In this document: positions 40,199 through 49,347 of the stretch, one piece after another
Layout: each line of letters begins with the position of its first letter
How positions within the stretch are numbered: position 1 is the first letter of the stretch
Assembly: GCA_041750555.1 (NCBI GenBank)
Contig: JBGSZB010000029.1
Span: 672 to 64,671, forward strand
DNA: 64,000 nucleotides
Direction of reading: 5' to 3'
DNA from: Candidatus Dojkabacteria bacterium
Lineage (GTDB): Bacteria; Patescibacteriota; Dojkabacteria; J137
Notes under the pieces: model-generated
Told to the model about the DNA's origin: nothing
Databases searched by the model: none
The model's input: the letters and a program-made list of their open reading frames with translations, nothing else
Translations under genes and position numbers: made by a program

Positions 40199-41470
40199 TT
40201 AAGTTAAACTTTTATCAATTTGTTCTCCCGTTGTTAAGTTTTTAATAGAATATATCCCTTTAGAAGCCTCTAAACTTCCAAATATTACTACATTTGATGC
40301 CTTAATCTTATTTGCAAAACTTAATGCCTTACTAATATTTTGCTCCTCTACACCTACAAGAACATTAAATCCTTCACTTCTTAATTTTTTAGAAAGAGTT
40401 AGAGATTTAACATAGAGATCACTCGATAATATTGGTAAATAGTAAATATCATCGCTAAATTCTGGAAAGAGATTCCAAGAATCTAAAAACAGTTTAGTTG
40501 TTTCATCTCCAGGAGCAAAACCAACAGATGGAAAAGGTGTAAAACCAAATATTTCGGATAAACCATTGTATCTTCCTCCTCCAAACATCGCTCTATTATT
40601 CTCTGGATTATTATCAAACACTTCAAAAATCATACCGTTATAGTAGTCAAATCCTCTAATAACAGTTGGGTTAAACTCAACCCACTCTGAATATCCTAAA
40701 CTATCTAGAATACTCATTATTTCTTTAATCTCATTTAATCCATCATTATCTTTTAATTGTGGTAATTCATTATCTAATTCTTGAATTGTTTTAGAATTCA
40801 TAAATTTAGTTAAAACTTTAACCGATTTACTGCTCATACCTAAAGATAGTAATTTATCCATAATATCTTTTTTCTCTAACTTAGCCCACTTGTCCAATAG
40901 CCTAACAACCTCAACTGTTAGCTGTTTATCTTTTAAACCTATCGTGTCCAATATCAAGTCTAATAACTTCCTGTTATTTAACCTTACTTTAAAACTATTT
41001 TGAGGTGGATTAAAGCTTAGCATTAATTCTATAGCTAATTGTAAAACCTCTATATCGCTGTATATACTATCAGATCCAAATATATCAGCATTTAATTGCC
41101 AGAATTCTCTATTTCTTCCTCTTTGTGGATTTTCATTTCTAAAGAAATTAGCTATAGAGAATAGCCTTAAAGGTTTAGGTGAACTCTCATAAGTTTTTGT
41201 AACTAACCTAGTAACAGATGGTGTCATTTCGGGTCTAATAGCCATCTCACGCCCTCCTCTATCTTTAAAGGTAGTTAACTCACTTCCACCAACATCCTCT
41301 CCTGATTTAGCCCTGTATACCTCAGAATTCTCTATTAAAGGTGTTAGATACTCAGAGTACCCAAACCTTAAACAGACATCTCTCCATTTATCAAAGATAT
41401 ATTTACGTTTTTTAAATTCAACTGGATCCCAATCCCTCGTTCCCTTTGGTGGTAAATTAGATATTTTCAT
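40199..41470 (-). CDS. hisS: Histidine--tRNA ligase
   Basis: PKGTRD, RPEMT, FRNENPQRGRNREFWQ, RGFDYYNG, GGGRY. Confidence 0.96.
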   Translation of the reverse strand: MKISNLPPKGTRDWDPVEFKKRKYIFDKWRDVCLRFGYSEYLTPLIENSEVYRAKSGEDVGGSELTTFKDRGGREMAIRPEMTPSVTRLVTKTYESSPKPLRLFSIANFFRNENPQRGRNREFWQLNADIFGSDSIYSDIEVLQLAIELMLSFNPPQNSFKVRLNNRKLLDLILDTIGLKDKQLTVEVVRLLDKWAKLEKKDIMDKLLSLGMSSKSVKVLTKFMNSKTIQELDNELPQLKDNDGLNEIKEIMSILDSLGYSEWVEFNPTVIRGFDYYNGMIFEVFDNNPENNRAMFGGGRYNGLSEIFGFTPFPSVGFAPGDETTKLFLDSWNLFPEFSDDIYYLPILSSDLYVKSLTLSKKLRSEGFNVLVGVEEQNISKALSFANKIKASNVVIFGSLEASKGIYSIKNLTTGEQIDKSLT

Positions 41471-41501
41471 AAAATTTTAATTAATAGATATATTATTACA
41501 T

Positions 41502-41526
41502 AAAAAAACCTCCATTTCTGGAGGTT
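41502..41526 (-). terminator. Attenuator terminator (3:4 hairpin) in the hisS leader
   Basis: AACCUCCA-GAAA-UGGAGGUU followed by a U run, about 30 nt before the hisS ATG. Confidence 0.85.
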
Positions 41527-41556
41527 ATATATATTTATACAAATACAACCCCCAAA

Positions 41557-41601
41557 TTAGAGGTTATGATGATTTAATTTGTTAGTTAATGTCTTATTCA
41601 T
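41557..41601 (-). CDS. His leader peptide MNKTLTNKLNHHNL
   Basis: 14-codon uORF with tandem CAT CAT overlapping attenuator segment 1; TTGGTT-N17-TATAAT ends 7 nt before its ATG. Confidence 0.8.
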   Translation of the reverse strand: MNKTLTNKLNHHNL

Positions 41602-41637
41602 GCGAGTAATTATACAATGTTTCATAGATTTAACCAA

Positions 41638-42915
41638 TCACTGGCTTCTTTTTTTAAACACACCAATTAACCACTTATGACTTCTTTTAGTATGATCAAT
41701 CTTAATCATTTCTAACCCTACCTTAGATGCCCTTTGAGTTAACTCTTCAGGGGTAAATAAATGGTAAAACCTTTCAATAGTTGTATAACTTTTTTTAGAT
41801 CGCTCTGTTATCTCCCCTGTACCCTCTCTAACAACTGCATAAAGAATACCTCCATCCACTAATGCATCTGCAATTTTTTGAAATACAGCATCTAAATGTT
41901 CATTAGATACATGATGAATAGAATCTCTAGCCCATATTCCTTTAAATTTATTAACTCCAATATCTACTTTGACAATATCTCCTAATATAATTTCAGAATT
42001 AGGATTTTCAAATCTAGCAATGTTTACAAATTTAGAGCTAATATCTATACCTGTAAGTTTAAATCGCTCTGATAAATACTTTAAATCATACCCTGGACCA
42101 CAGCCAATATCTAACACTTGAGCTGGTGGATTAATCATAGAGATAAAATCATCTAATTGTTCTTGAGCTACAAGCTTTCCTGCATGCTCATTATGATATT
42201 GACTAGATACCCTATTGTATTCTTGTGCTAAGGATTTTGATCTATCAGAGATAACAAAAGCTAATTCATCTCCTTGAAAGTTCTTAGTTTTACAATTTTG
42301 AACTAATATTTCATGCTTAGTAATAATATCCAAGACTTCTTTAGCCGTATTTGCTTGATACAAAACAACTAATTCAGTTTCATCAATATACATGGACTTT
42401 TGAAAAGCTTCTATTAAAGGATCCCAGAAATCTCCGAAAAGTATTACAGGTTTATGACATCCATAGTACAACTTTGCTAAAGCCCAAACTAATCCAAGTT
42501 CAGAAATTGTACCTGTTCCACCTTTACAGACAACATAAGCATCCCCTTTTTCAATAAGGCCTAATGTTCTCATCATATAATTTGATGATGTTTCAGATTC
42601 ATCAACTACATTAGCCAAATTTTTACCTTCAAAAACAGAAGCTAATCTGGGTTCCCAATATACAGCAATAGTTTTACCACCGACACTTTCAGCTCCATCA
42701 GTTGCAGCTTTCATGATTCCAGGACCTCCTCCATTAACTATTGTAAATCCATTTTCAGCTAAATACTTAGAGGTTTCCCATACAGACTTATATATCACAT
42801 CATCTTCAGGGATCGCAGAATCACCAAAGAAGGTTATATTATTTATTAATCTATCCTTATGGTTTCCATTAGTTTCTCCATTTTCTCTTTTAGGTAATTC
42901 AACAACTGTTGGCAT
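41638..42915 (-). CDS. LOG-family nucleotide phosphoribohydrolase fused to class I SAM methyltransferase
   Basis: NGGGPGIMKA..GA, R, GGTGTISEL (LOG); VLDIGCGPG, GIDIS, SIHH (MTase). Confidence 0.85.
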   Translation of the reverse strand: MPTVVELPKRENGETNGNHKDRLINNITFFGDSAIPEDDVIYKSVWETSKYLAENGFTIVNGGGPGIMKAATDGAESVGGKTIAVYWEPRLASVFEGKNLANVVDESETSSNYMMRTLGLIEKGDAYVVCKGGTGTISELGLVWALAKLYYGCHKPVILFGDFWDPLIEAFQKSMYIDETELVVLYQANTAKEVLDIITKHEILVQNCKTKNFQGDELAFVISDRSKSLAQEYNRVSSQYHNEHAGKLVAQEQLDDFISMINPPAQVLDIGCGPGYDLKYLSERFKLTGIDISSKFVNIARFENPNSEIILGDIVKVDIGVNKFKGIWARDSIHHVSNEHLDAVFQKIADALVDGGILYAVVREGTGEITERSKKSYTTIERFYHLFTPEELTQRASKVGLEMIKIDHTKRSHKWLIGVFKKRSQ

Positions 42916-43560
42916 TTAATTATTTAATAACTCATTTAAATTATTGTAGTCACTTAATAAATCTTTACTTTTTTGAAAATATGATCCAACACTAACTCTA
43001 TCAGGATTAGCTTTTCTTATCAAGTTTGCACTCTCCATATTTACACCTCCATCTAGTGAGATTTCTCCTTTAAACCCTATACTCCTTAATTGATCTGCCC
43101 TTTTAAGAGAGTCTTTATCAAAGGTTGATCCTTGTTTTCCTATGTCTATAGTCATTAACTGTATTTCATTAAATTTAGAATAAAAATCTAAATCTTTAAG
43201 AATACTATTTTTTTTAATAACTAAGCCAATTTTAAAAATGCTTAAAAACTCCTCTACTTCATCAATATCAGCTTCTTGATGAATATATATTCTTAAATTA
43301 TCAAACTCCTTAAACCCATTTAAAATTAAATATCTAATCTTCTCTATTGGATCTTTAACCATTAAGTGAATACCAATATCAAAGCTATTATTAATTACAC
43401 CACTATCTAATATATCTATCAAACTAATTGTATTATTATTTGCAAAATCAACTTCTGCAATATCTATATCTAAACTATTAAAAGTCTTTGTGTACTTAAG
43501 AAATAGCGAAATGAAATCATCAAAATCAGAAGTTAAAATAGCTGGTGTTATTTTAATCAT
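42916..43560 (-). CDS. rpe: Ribulose-phosphate 3-epimerase family protein
   Basis: PAIL, DID, IHLMVKDP, LMTI..GKQG, LDGGVN, VGS; ATG at 43560 preferred. Confidence 0.8.
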   Translation of the reverse strand: MIKITPAILTSDFDDFISLFLKYTKTFNSLDIDIAEVDFANNNTISLIDILDSGVINNSFDIGIHLMVKDPIEKIRYLILNGFKEFDNLRIYIHQEADIDEVEEFLSIFKIGLVIKKNSILKDLDFYSKFNEIQLMTIDIGKQGSTFDKDSLKRADQLRSIGFKGEISLDGGVNMESANLIRKANPDRVSVGSYFQKSKDLLSDYNNLNELLNN

Positions 43561-43613
43561 ACTTTTTATTTTACTTAAAAATATCATATCATAGATATAT
43601 TTAAATTAATTAA

Positions 43614-44216
43614 TTGAAAAGATACATACTATTTATATTAACTTACATTATTTCAACCATTGGATATCTCCTCTCTTTAGGTCAATCATGGGGTGAAGGT
43701 ATTTATTTCTTTATATACTTAATAGCGAGCCTTTTCTTTGTATTTGAGCTAGGTAGATTACCTTCAAACGATGTTTTAGAGTATCCAGAGGTAAGAATAT
43801 ATAGAGCAAAAAGAGTTAATTACTTTACATACACCGTCCTTGGATCCCTTGTAATTCAGGCAATCCTCTACTCTGTAATAAGCATGACACTTAAATTAAA
43901 CACAGGACTTATAACCTTTATACTATGGGGATTATCCATAATTATTATATATTTCGCATCAATTATAAATGAGAAATTTAATGAGAATGCTGATCTTATA
44001 GATTATGTTTTTCAAGGTTCAAATGTACCTATTGAAAGTTTTGCTATTTTACTAGATGAATTTGAAAAAGGAAAAGAAAATTTGGAGAAAATTACTATAA
44101 GATATCCACAGATTGAAAAATCTTTTTTATATGAAAGCTATAACAGGTATAGAGAAATCAAAAAGACCACTAATAACCTTAGCTACAAGGAGATTGAAAA
44201 ATCTAAAAAATCCTAG
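43614..44216 (+). CDS. Hypothetical 4-TM membrane protein
   Basis: Four hydrophobic segments and a charged C-terminal tail. Confidence 0.6.
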   Translation: MKRYILFILTYIISTIGYLLSLGQSWGEGIYFFIYLIASLFFVFELGRLPSNDVLEYPEVRIYRAKRVNYFTYTVLGSLVIQAILYSVISMTLKLNTGLITFILWGLSIIIIYFASIINEKFNENADLIDYVFQGSNVPIESFAILLDEFEKGKENLEKITIRYPQIEKSFLYESYNRYREIKKTTNNLSYKEIEKSKKS

Positions 44217-44271
44217 AAAATATTATTTTGTAAGAACTTTGTAAGAAGTTTGTGTAATAGTATAATTAGTT

Positions 44272-44652
44272 GTGAATGAAACTCAACAAAACATACTTGA
44301 TAACTACAAAAACCCGCAGAATTTTGGGGCTCCAAAAGGTAATAACTATATTACCTCAGAGAGTTCTAATGTTTCATGTGGCGACAGTATAAAAGTATAT
44401 ATAAAGCTTGATGGCGAAATAATATCTGATATTAAATTTACAGGAGAAGGATGTTCAATTGCTATCGCTTCTGCCTCTCTACTCTATCAAGATCTTAAAG
44501 GCAAAAATATTAATGAAGTTATTTCACTCGATAATGCTTATCCAGAAAAGGTTATGGGTATTGAACTAACACTATCTAGGAAAAAGTGTGCAATGCTAAG
44601 TCTTGAAGCTTTGAAAAAAGCGATAGGTAAAACGGGTATAGATATTAAATAA
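44272..44652 (+). CDS. Fe-S scaffold / sulfur acceptor protein (SufU/IscU/NifU-N family)
   Basis: ILDNYKNPQNFG, NVSCGD, GEGCSIAIASAS, RKKCA. Confidence 0.9.
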   Translation: MNETQQNILDNYKNPQNFGAPKGNNYITSESSNVSCGDSIKVYIKLDGEIISDIKFTGEGCSIAIASASLLYQDLKGKNINEVISLDNAYPEKVMGIELTLSRKKCAMLSLEALKKAIGKTGIDIK

Positions 44653-44867
44653 AAGTATCTCTCTACTCTTCCCTACCCTATCTACTCTCACAATACCTTA
44701 TATTTTAATTAAACAAAAGCTTAAACTTTTCAAGAGGATTAATATCCTTACAGACAAATGAGATAATCGAATACACCACTAAAAGCGATATGTGAACAAT
44801 ATTTGGCAATACTACTAAATCTGTTCAAGGTTAAAGGTTTCATAGATTTAAAATTAAAAGGTGATAT

Positions 44868-44897
44868 TTGACATAAGAGAGTAGTGGAGTCTAAACT
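44868..44897 (+). promoter_or_regulatory. Promoter for hup
   Basis: TTGACA-N18-TAAACT. Confidence 0.55.
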
Positions 44898-44956
44898 TTT
44901 ACTAGAACTATATTGCTGGCCAGCATTAGTTAATTTATTTTTAATTCATAAATAAT

Positions 44957-45229
44957 ATGAATAAAGCAGATTTAGTAAACTACATCGCTAACAAAAGTGC
45001 AATGACAAAGAAAGATGTTGCTACTATGTTAGACGCAATGGTAGATGCTGTAGTTGCTACAGTTTCTAAAGGTGATGCAGTAACTCTAACTAACTTTGGT
45101 ACTTTCGTTTCTGTAAAAAGAAAGGCAAGTATTAAAAGAAACCCAAAGACAGGTGCTCCTGTTAAGGTTCCTGCAAAGAGTGTTCCAAGGTTTAGACCTG
45201 GAAAACATTTTAGAGAAGCTGTTGCTTAA
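44957..45229 (+). CDS. hup: DNA-binding protein HU
   Basis: MNKADLV, FGTF, RNPKTG, VPRFRPGK. Confidence 0.96.
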   Translation: MNKADLVNYIANKSAMTKKDVATMLDAMVDAVVATVSKGDAVTLTNFGTFVSVKRKASIKRNPKTGAPVKVPAKSVPRFRPGKHFREAVA

Positions 45230-45247
45230 TCTAAAACTTTGTAAAAG

Positions 45248-45285
45248 AAAAGCTCCTAATACCATTTTGGTATTAGGGCTTTTTT
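45248..45285. terminator. Bidirectional intrinsic terminator between hup and recJ
   Basis: aaaagctcctaatacca-ttt-tggtattagggcttttt hairpin. Confidence 0.85.
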
Positions 45286-45287
45286 GT

Positions 45288-46964
45288 TTATCTCAATTCT
45301 TCTAACTTAATTACAACCTTTCTATCCCTAAAATCATCTATATCTAAATTAAAAGCTATCTCGTAACCCTTAGATGTATTTATATCACGAGTTAAATCTC
45401 CTTTATTAAAACCTAAAAACTCAACTTCATTACCATCTCTATCGTATAGAATTCCTTTAACATGATTCCCTGTTGATCCCATACTTTTAATATTTTTAAA
45501 AAATATTTCACTAGAGTAGAGTAGTGGTTTTTTATTCCCAAACCCAAATGGTTGCATTAAATTAAATTTCTCTACAAAATTAATATCTACATCTTTAAAA
45601 TCTTTTAAAATACCATCTAGTATTAATTCTTTTTTAAATAACTCATCGTTTTTAAGATATACACTAAAATCTCTTTCTAATGCCTCTAGGAATGTTCCCT
45701 CATTTTTAATATCTAGAGTTAGTCCTGCAGCTTGAGAGTGACCTCCGTACCTTTTTAAGTTAGATTTTAAGCCATCTAGAAGTTCGGTTACATTAAAGTT
45801 TAATGGGTTTCTAACAGAAGCTTTAATTTCTTTACTTTTTAAATTCTTACTACCAATAATTACTGGTTTAAAATATTTCTCAGCTAATTTACCTGCTATA
45901 AGGCCAATAATGCCTTCTGACCAATCCTCTGAAGCTAAATAAATATATCCATTATCTAGATTTAACATCTTTTCTGCTTCATTTAGTGCTTTCTCTGTAA
46001 ATTCTTTTCTTTTTAAATTTAAAATTTCTAAATTTTTTGCAGTAGAGTAGGCTAAACTATCTGAATTAGTAGTTAAAAGCTTTACACCCTCTAATGCATC
46101 TCCCATTCTTCCTGAAGCATTAAGTCTTGGCCCTACAATATATCCAATATGATAAGTAGATAATTTATCTCTAATTCCTGCTATTTTTTTTAAATTAAAT
46201 AATCCTAAGTTTTTAGTATTGTTTAATTCTTTTAAACCAAGAGATACTATAACTCTATTTTCTTCAATTAATGGCATTACATCACAAACTGTTCCAATAC
46301 AAGCTAGCTCTAAATATTTATTAATATCTACATTTAATTTATTCTCAATTATTAATGCTTGTACAAGTTTAAACGCTACACTTGCCCCACAGAGTTGTTT
46401 AAAAGTTAGAGAAGAGAGTAGGGGGTGTATATTTGCAACTGACTTAGATGAAACTAAGTAACTATCTACAATCTTTGAGCCTTCAATATTAACTTCATCT
46501 GAACTTCTAATTGTATGGTGATCCGTTATTAAAAAATCAACTTTATCTGAATATTTATTTATTAACTCTATATCTTTTATCCCACAATCTACGGTAATAA
46601 TAACTTCAGCACCTTTTTGTATTAAAGATTCTATTGATTCTGTAGTTAAACCATATCCTTCATCAAAACGGGAAGGAATAAATGGCATTACATTAGCTTT
46701 TAATTCTCTGTATAAAAACTGCCATAGTATTGAGGTAGCGGTTATTCCATCTGCATCAAAGTCTCCATGTATATATATCTTTTTATTTTCTTTAATAGAT
46801 TTATTTATGAATTTAACAGCCTTCTTCATGTCACTAAATTCAAATGGATCTGATAAATCAGAGAGAGTAGGGTTATGAAATTTATCTCTATCTTTAATAC
46901 CTCTAGTGAAATAGATATATTCTAATAACGGCATGTCTTGTTGATCTGGGATTATCCATTCCAT
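45288..46964 (-). CDS. recJ: Single-stranded DNA exonuclease RecJ
   Basis: GDFDADG, GYGL, TVDCG, TDHH, GTVCD, PRLNASGR, GGHSQAAG, PFGFGN. Confidence 0.95.
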   Translation of the reverse strand: MEWIIPDQQDMPLLEYIYFTRGIKDRDKFHNPTLSDLSDPFEFSDMKKAVKFINKSIKENKKIYIHGDFDADGITATSILWQFLYRELKANVMPFIPSRFDEGYGLTTESIESLIQKGAEVIITVDCGIKDIELINKYSDKVDFLITDHHTIRSSDEVNIEGSKIVDSYLVSSKSVANIHPLLSSLTFKQLCGASVAFKLVQALIIENKLNVDINKYLELACIGTVCDVMPLIEENRVIVSLGLKELNNTKNLGLFNLKKIAGIRDKLSTYHIGYIVGPRLNASGRMGDALEGVKLLTTNSDSLAYSTAKNLEILNLKRKEFTEKALNEAEKMLNLDNGYIYLASEDWSEGIIGLIAGKLAEKYFKPVIIGSKNLKSKEIKASVRNPLNFNVTELLDGLKSNLKRYGGHSQAAGLTLDIKNEGTFLEALERDFSVYLKNDELFKKELILDGILKDFKDVDINFVEKFNLMQPFGFGNKKPLLYSSEIFFKNIKSMGSTGNHVKGILYDRDGNEVEFLGFNKGDLTRDINTSKGYEIAFNLDIDDFRDRKVVIKLEELR

Positions 46965-46984
46965 ATATTTTAAAACTGGGTTAA

Positions 46985-47566
46985 TTAATTGTTATACCAC
47001 TTAACAAACTTTTTTAAAACAAAGAAGCCAGCTAATAAAGCTATTACAACTATAACTAAAACTATTACTACATTTTTAATTATACTTAATGTTTTACTCT
47101 GATTATATGAATCTGTAAGAGGTAAGACTTCACTAGATTCATTACTTGCAAAGTTTTTTCTAACTGTTGCTAAATATGAACTATCAGCTTTAAATGCTTC
47201 TACTTTTCCAACTAATTCACTTACACCATTTCCTTGTGGTATTAGGGTTATTGGGAATGTATAACTCTCTCCCTTTGCTACGGTTGTATTTATTATCTTT
47301 TCTTCTCCCTCTTTTATTATACTAGACCCTCTAATACTCCAAGTTAACTTAACTCTATCAGAGTCTATTCCTGATTTTAATATTAATTCATATACTATTT
47401 CTTTGTTATCAGGATTTTGAGTATTCTCCTTAAATTCAACTCTTAAACCCTCTACATCACTAATTACAGCTTGTTGATTTTCTTCATAAATATCTACTTC
47501 TTGTGCATAGACATTAAAAGGCAATAGAGTTAATATACACGCGGACAAAAGTAATTTTAGTTTCAT
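46985..47566 (-). CDS. Secreted Ig-like protein with C-terminal TM anchor
   Basis: Signal peptide (VYA|Q), beta-rich core, C-terminal TM + KK. Confidence 0.65.
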   Translation of the reverse strand: MKLKLLLSACILTLLPFNVYAQEVDIYEENQQAVISDVEGLRVEFKENTQNPDNKEIVYELILKSGIDSDRVKLTWSIRGSSIIKEGEEKIINTTVAKGESYTFPITLIPQGNGVSELVGKVEAFKADSSYLATVRKNFASNESSEVLPLTDSYNQSKTLSIIKNVVIVLVIVVIALLAGFFVLKKFVKWYNN

Positions 47567-47596
47567 AACAATATATTATCATTTATTTTAAAAGAT

Positions 47597-47929
47597 GTGA
47601 CACTGGATCTAAGTAATTCTCGAAACACCTCAGGATTTGACCTCATTGATTGTATGATGAATTCAGGAATACTCACACAAAGAGCGGCAAAAAGAATTCT
47701 AAGGGATACAATTACAGAGGAAATTGAAAAACTTACTACAAGATTAAATGAGGTCGATGAGAAACTTTTAACCTTAAGTGATAATCCTTACGCTCAAGAG
47801 CTTGAACAAGAAAAGCTTAGACTCCACCAATGGATAAGCGATCTAAATATCATGCTAAATTCCCAAAAGCATTCTGGGCTTAAGGTTAAGGTAGCTGATG
47901 TAAAATCCTCAAACGATTTAGAGTCCTAA
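47597..47929 (+). CDS. Hypothetical coiled-coil protein (orphan-like)
   Basis: 110-aa ORF with GTG start, heptad-like helices; ends ...NDLES. Confidence 0.55.
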   Translation: MTLDLSNSRNTSGFDLIDCMMNSGILTQRAAKRILRDTITEEIEKLTTRLNEVDEKLLTLSDNPYAQELEQEKLRLHQWISDLNIMLNSQKHSGLKVKVADVKSSNDLES

Positions 47930-48654
47930 CCCTTAACCTCTCTAACTACTAACATAGGTGTAATAGCACCATCATCTTCTTGACCTTGAGGATTACCTTT
48001 AACAATAGACATAAATTCATCTTTTTTAAACTTTTCTTTAACACTCTGACTCATACCTAAAACATTGTTATCAATATTGTTTCCATCAAGAATAACAGTT
48101 GGATATTGAAACTTAGACTCTAATTCATTACATATCTCATCACCATTTTTTGGTGGAAGTACAGCATACTCATTCATAGGTGGTTTAGAAACTGGATTAA
48201 AACCATCAATAGCATTAATATTGTTACCTGCAATAATATAAAAATAGCCAGGTTTTTTAAAAAGCTTCATAACAACACCTCCAACTAATGCAACAATAGT
48301 TCTTGGATATCCTATTTGATTAATAGCAGCTTGCATTTTTCTAGGATGAGAATAACCAATATCTCCTGGCCACTTTTTAACAAACTTAACAATGAGTCTT
48401 GCTAAAAGTGATATCTTAACTTCAGACTCATGTAAAACAAGAGCTTTTGCAATACTCACAACTTTTGCTGAAATACATAAGATATCTCCTTTTTTTAAAT
48501 AAGGGATAGCGTAAGTTTTAACAAACTCATCTAAACTATCTCCAATCTTTAATGTAGTTGTTTGGAGTGGATATCTTGCATACTTAACACCATTAAGCTC
48601 AGAGAATAGATCTCTACCTTTATTAGGAGACATTTTTAAACCGTAATTAGCCAT
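47926..48654 (-). CDS. CofE-like (F420-0:gamma-glutamyl ligase fold) protein
   Basis: GDILCISAKVVSIA, AIDG, VLPP, ILDGN, NPQGQ...TP. Confidence 0.75.
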   Translation of the reverse strand: MANYGLKMSPNKGRDLFSELNGVKYARYPLQTTTLKIGDSLDEFVKTYAIPYLKKGDILCISAKVVSIAKALVLHESEVKISLLARLIVKFVKKWPGDIGYSHPRKMQAAINQIGYPRTIVALVGGVVMKLFKKPGYFYIIAGNNINAIDGFNPVSKPPMNEYAVLPPKNGDEICNELESKFQYPTVILDGNNIDNNVLGMSQSVKEKFKKDEFMSIVKGNPQGQEDDGAITPMLVVREVKG

Positions 48655-48751
48655 AAAAAAATATTAATTATTTAAAATGATTATATTCCCGATATTATCT
48701 CTTTACAATAATCAATTATGTAATTAGTATGTAAGAAGTATATTTAAATTT

Positions 48752-49276
48752 ATGGATAAATTTTTAGAATTCTCAAAATCACTTTTAACAATAGTTGCTA
48801 TAGTTTCACTAGTAGGGCTTTCAACACTAACAGTTGGTGCTTTAAACCCAAAAAGTGACTCACCTACAAATTTAGAAGATAAACAAATTGCAGGAGTAGT
48901 AGATTATGATAATTTACTTCCAATTGAATTTGAAGAGGTAGGTGGATTACAAAAGATTGGGAGAGATACACTTGGAATAACAATAGAACAAGGTATAACT
49001 GAAAGAGAAGCTGGATATATAACCCTTTATAATCCTGATTTAAACCCACAAAGTGTATTTGTAAAAGCACTTATTCCAACAACATTAAAGGGCAATCTTA
49101 GGCTTGAATTATCAGATAAATTTGATACTTTAGTTCTTAAAGATTTTGATAAAGAGTTTGATGGACAATATATAACTTTAAATAAACTTGAGAGAAGAAC
49201 CTTTAAAGTAAACTACATTCTTAAAACACCTCTAAATTTCAATACCGTATTTAATATAGAAAAAAATAATTTGTAA
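48752..49276 (+). CDS. Hypothetical membrane-anchored protein
   Basis: N-terminal TM, QIAGV motif, beta-rich extracellular part. Confidence 0.6.
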   Translation: MDKFLEFSKSLLTIVAIVSLVGLSTLTVGALNPKSDSPTNLEDKQIAGVVDYDNLLPIEFEEVGGLQKIGRDTLGITIEQGITEREAGYITLYNPDLNPQSVFVKALIPTTLKGNLRLELSDKFDTLVLKDFDKEFDGQYITLNKLERRTFKVNYILKTPLNFNTVFNIEKNNL

Positions 49277-49347
49277 GCCTCTTGTAAGAACTAGGAGTTA
49301 GTATGATATTATCAAATTAAAGAGGTAATATTTATTATTTAAATTTC

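Noticed and set aside
41471-41637. T-box riboswitch upstream of hisS (and likewise trpS)
   Set aside because: The leaders are short and have no recognisable T-box (UGGNACC) bulge or stem I; a leader-peptide model explains the sequence better.
49277-49347. Canonical LexA box upstream of recA
   Set aside because: No CTGT-N8-ACAG or GAAC-N4-GTTC palindrome is visible; only the direct repeat reported in findings.
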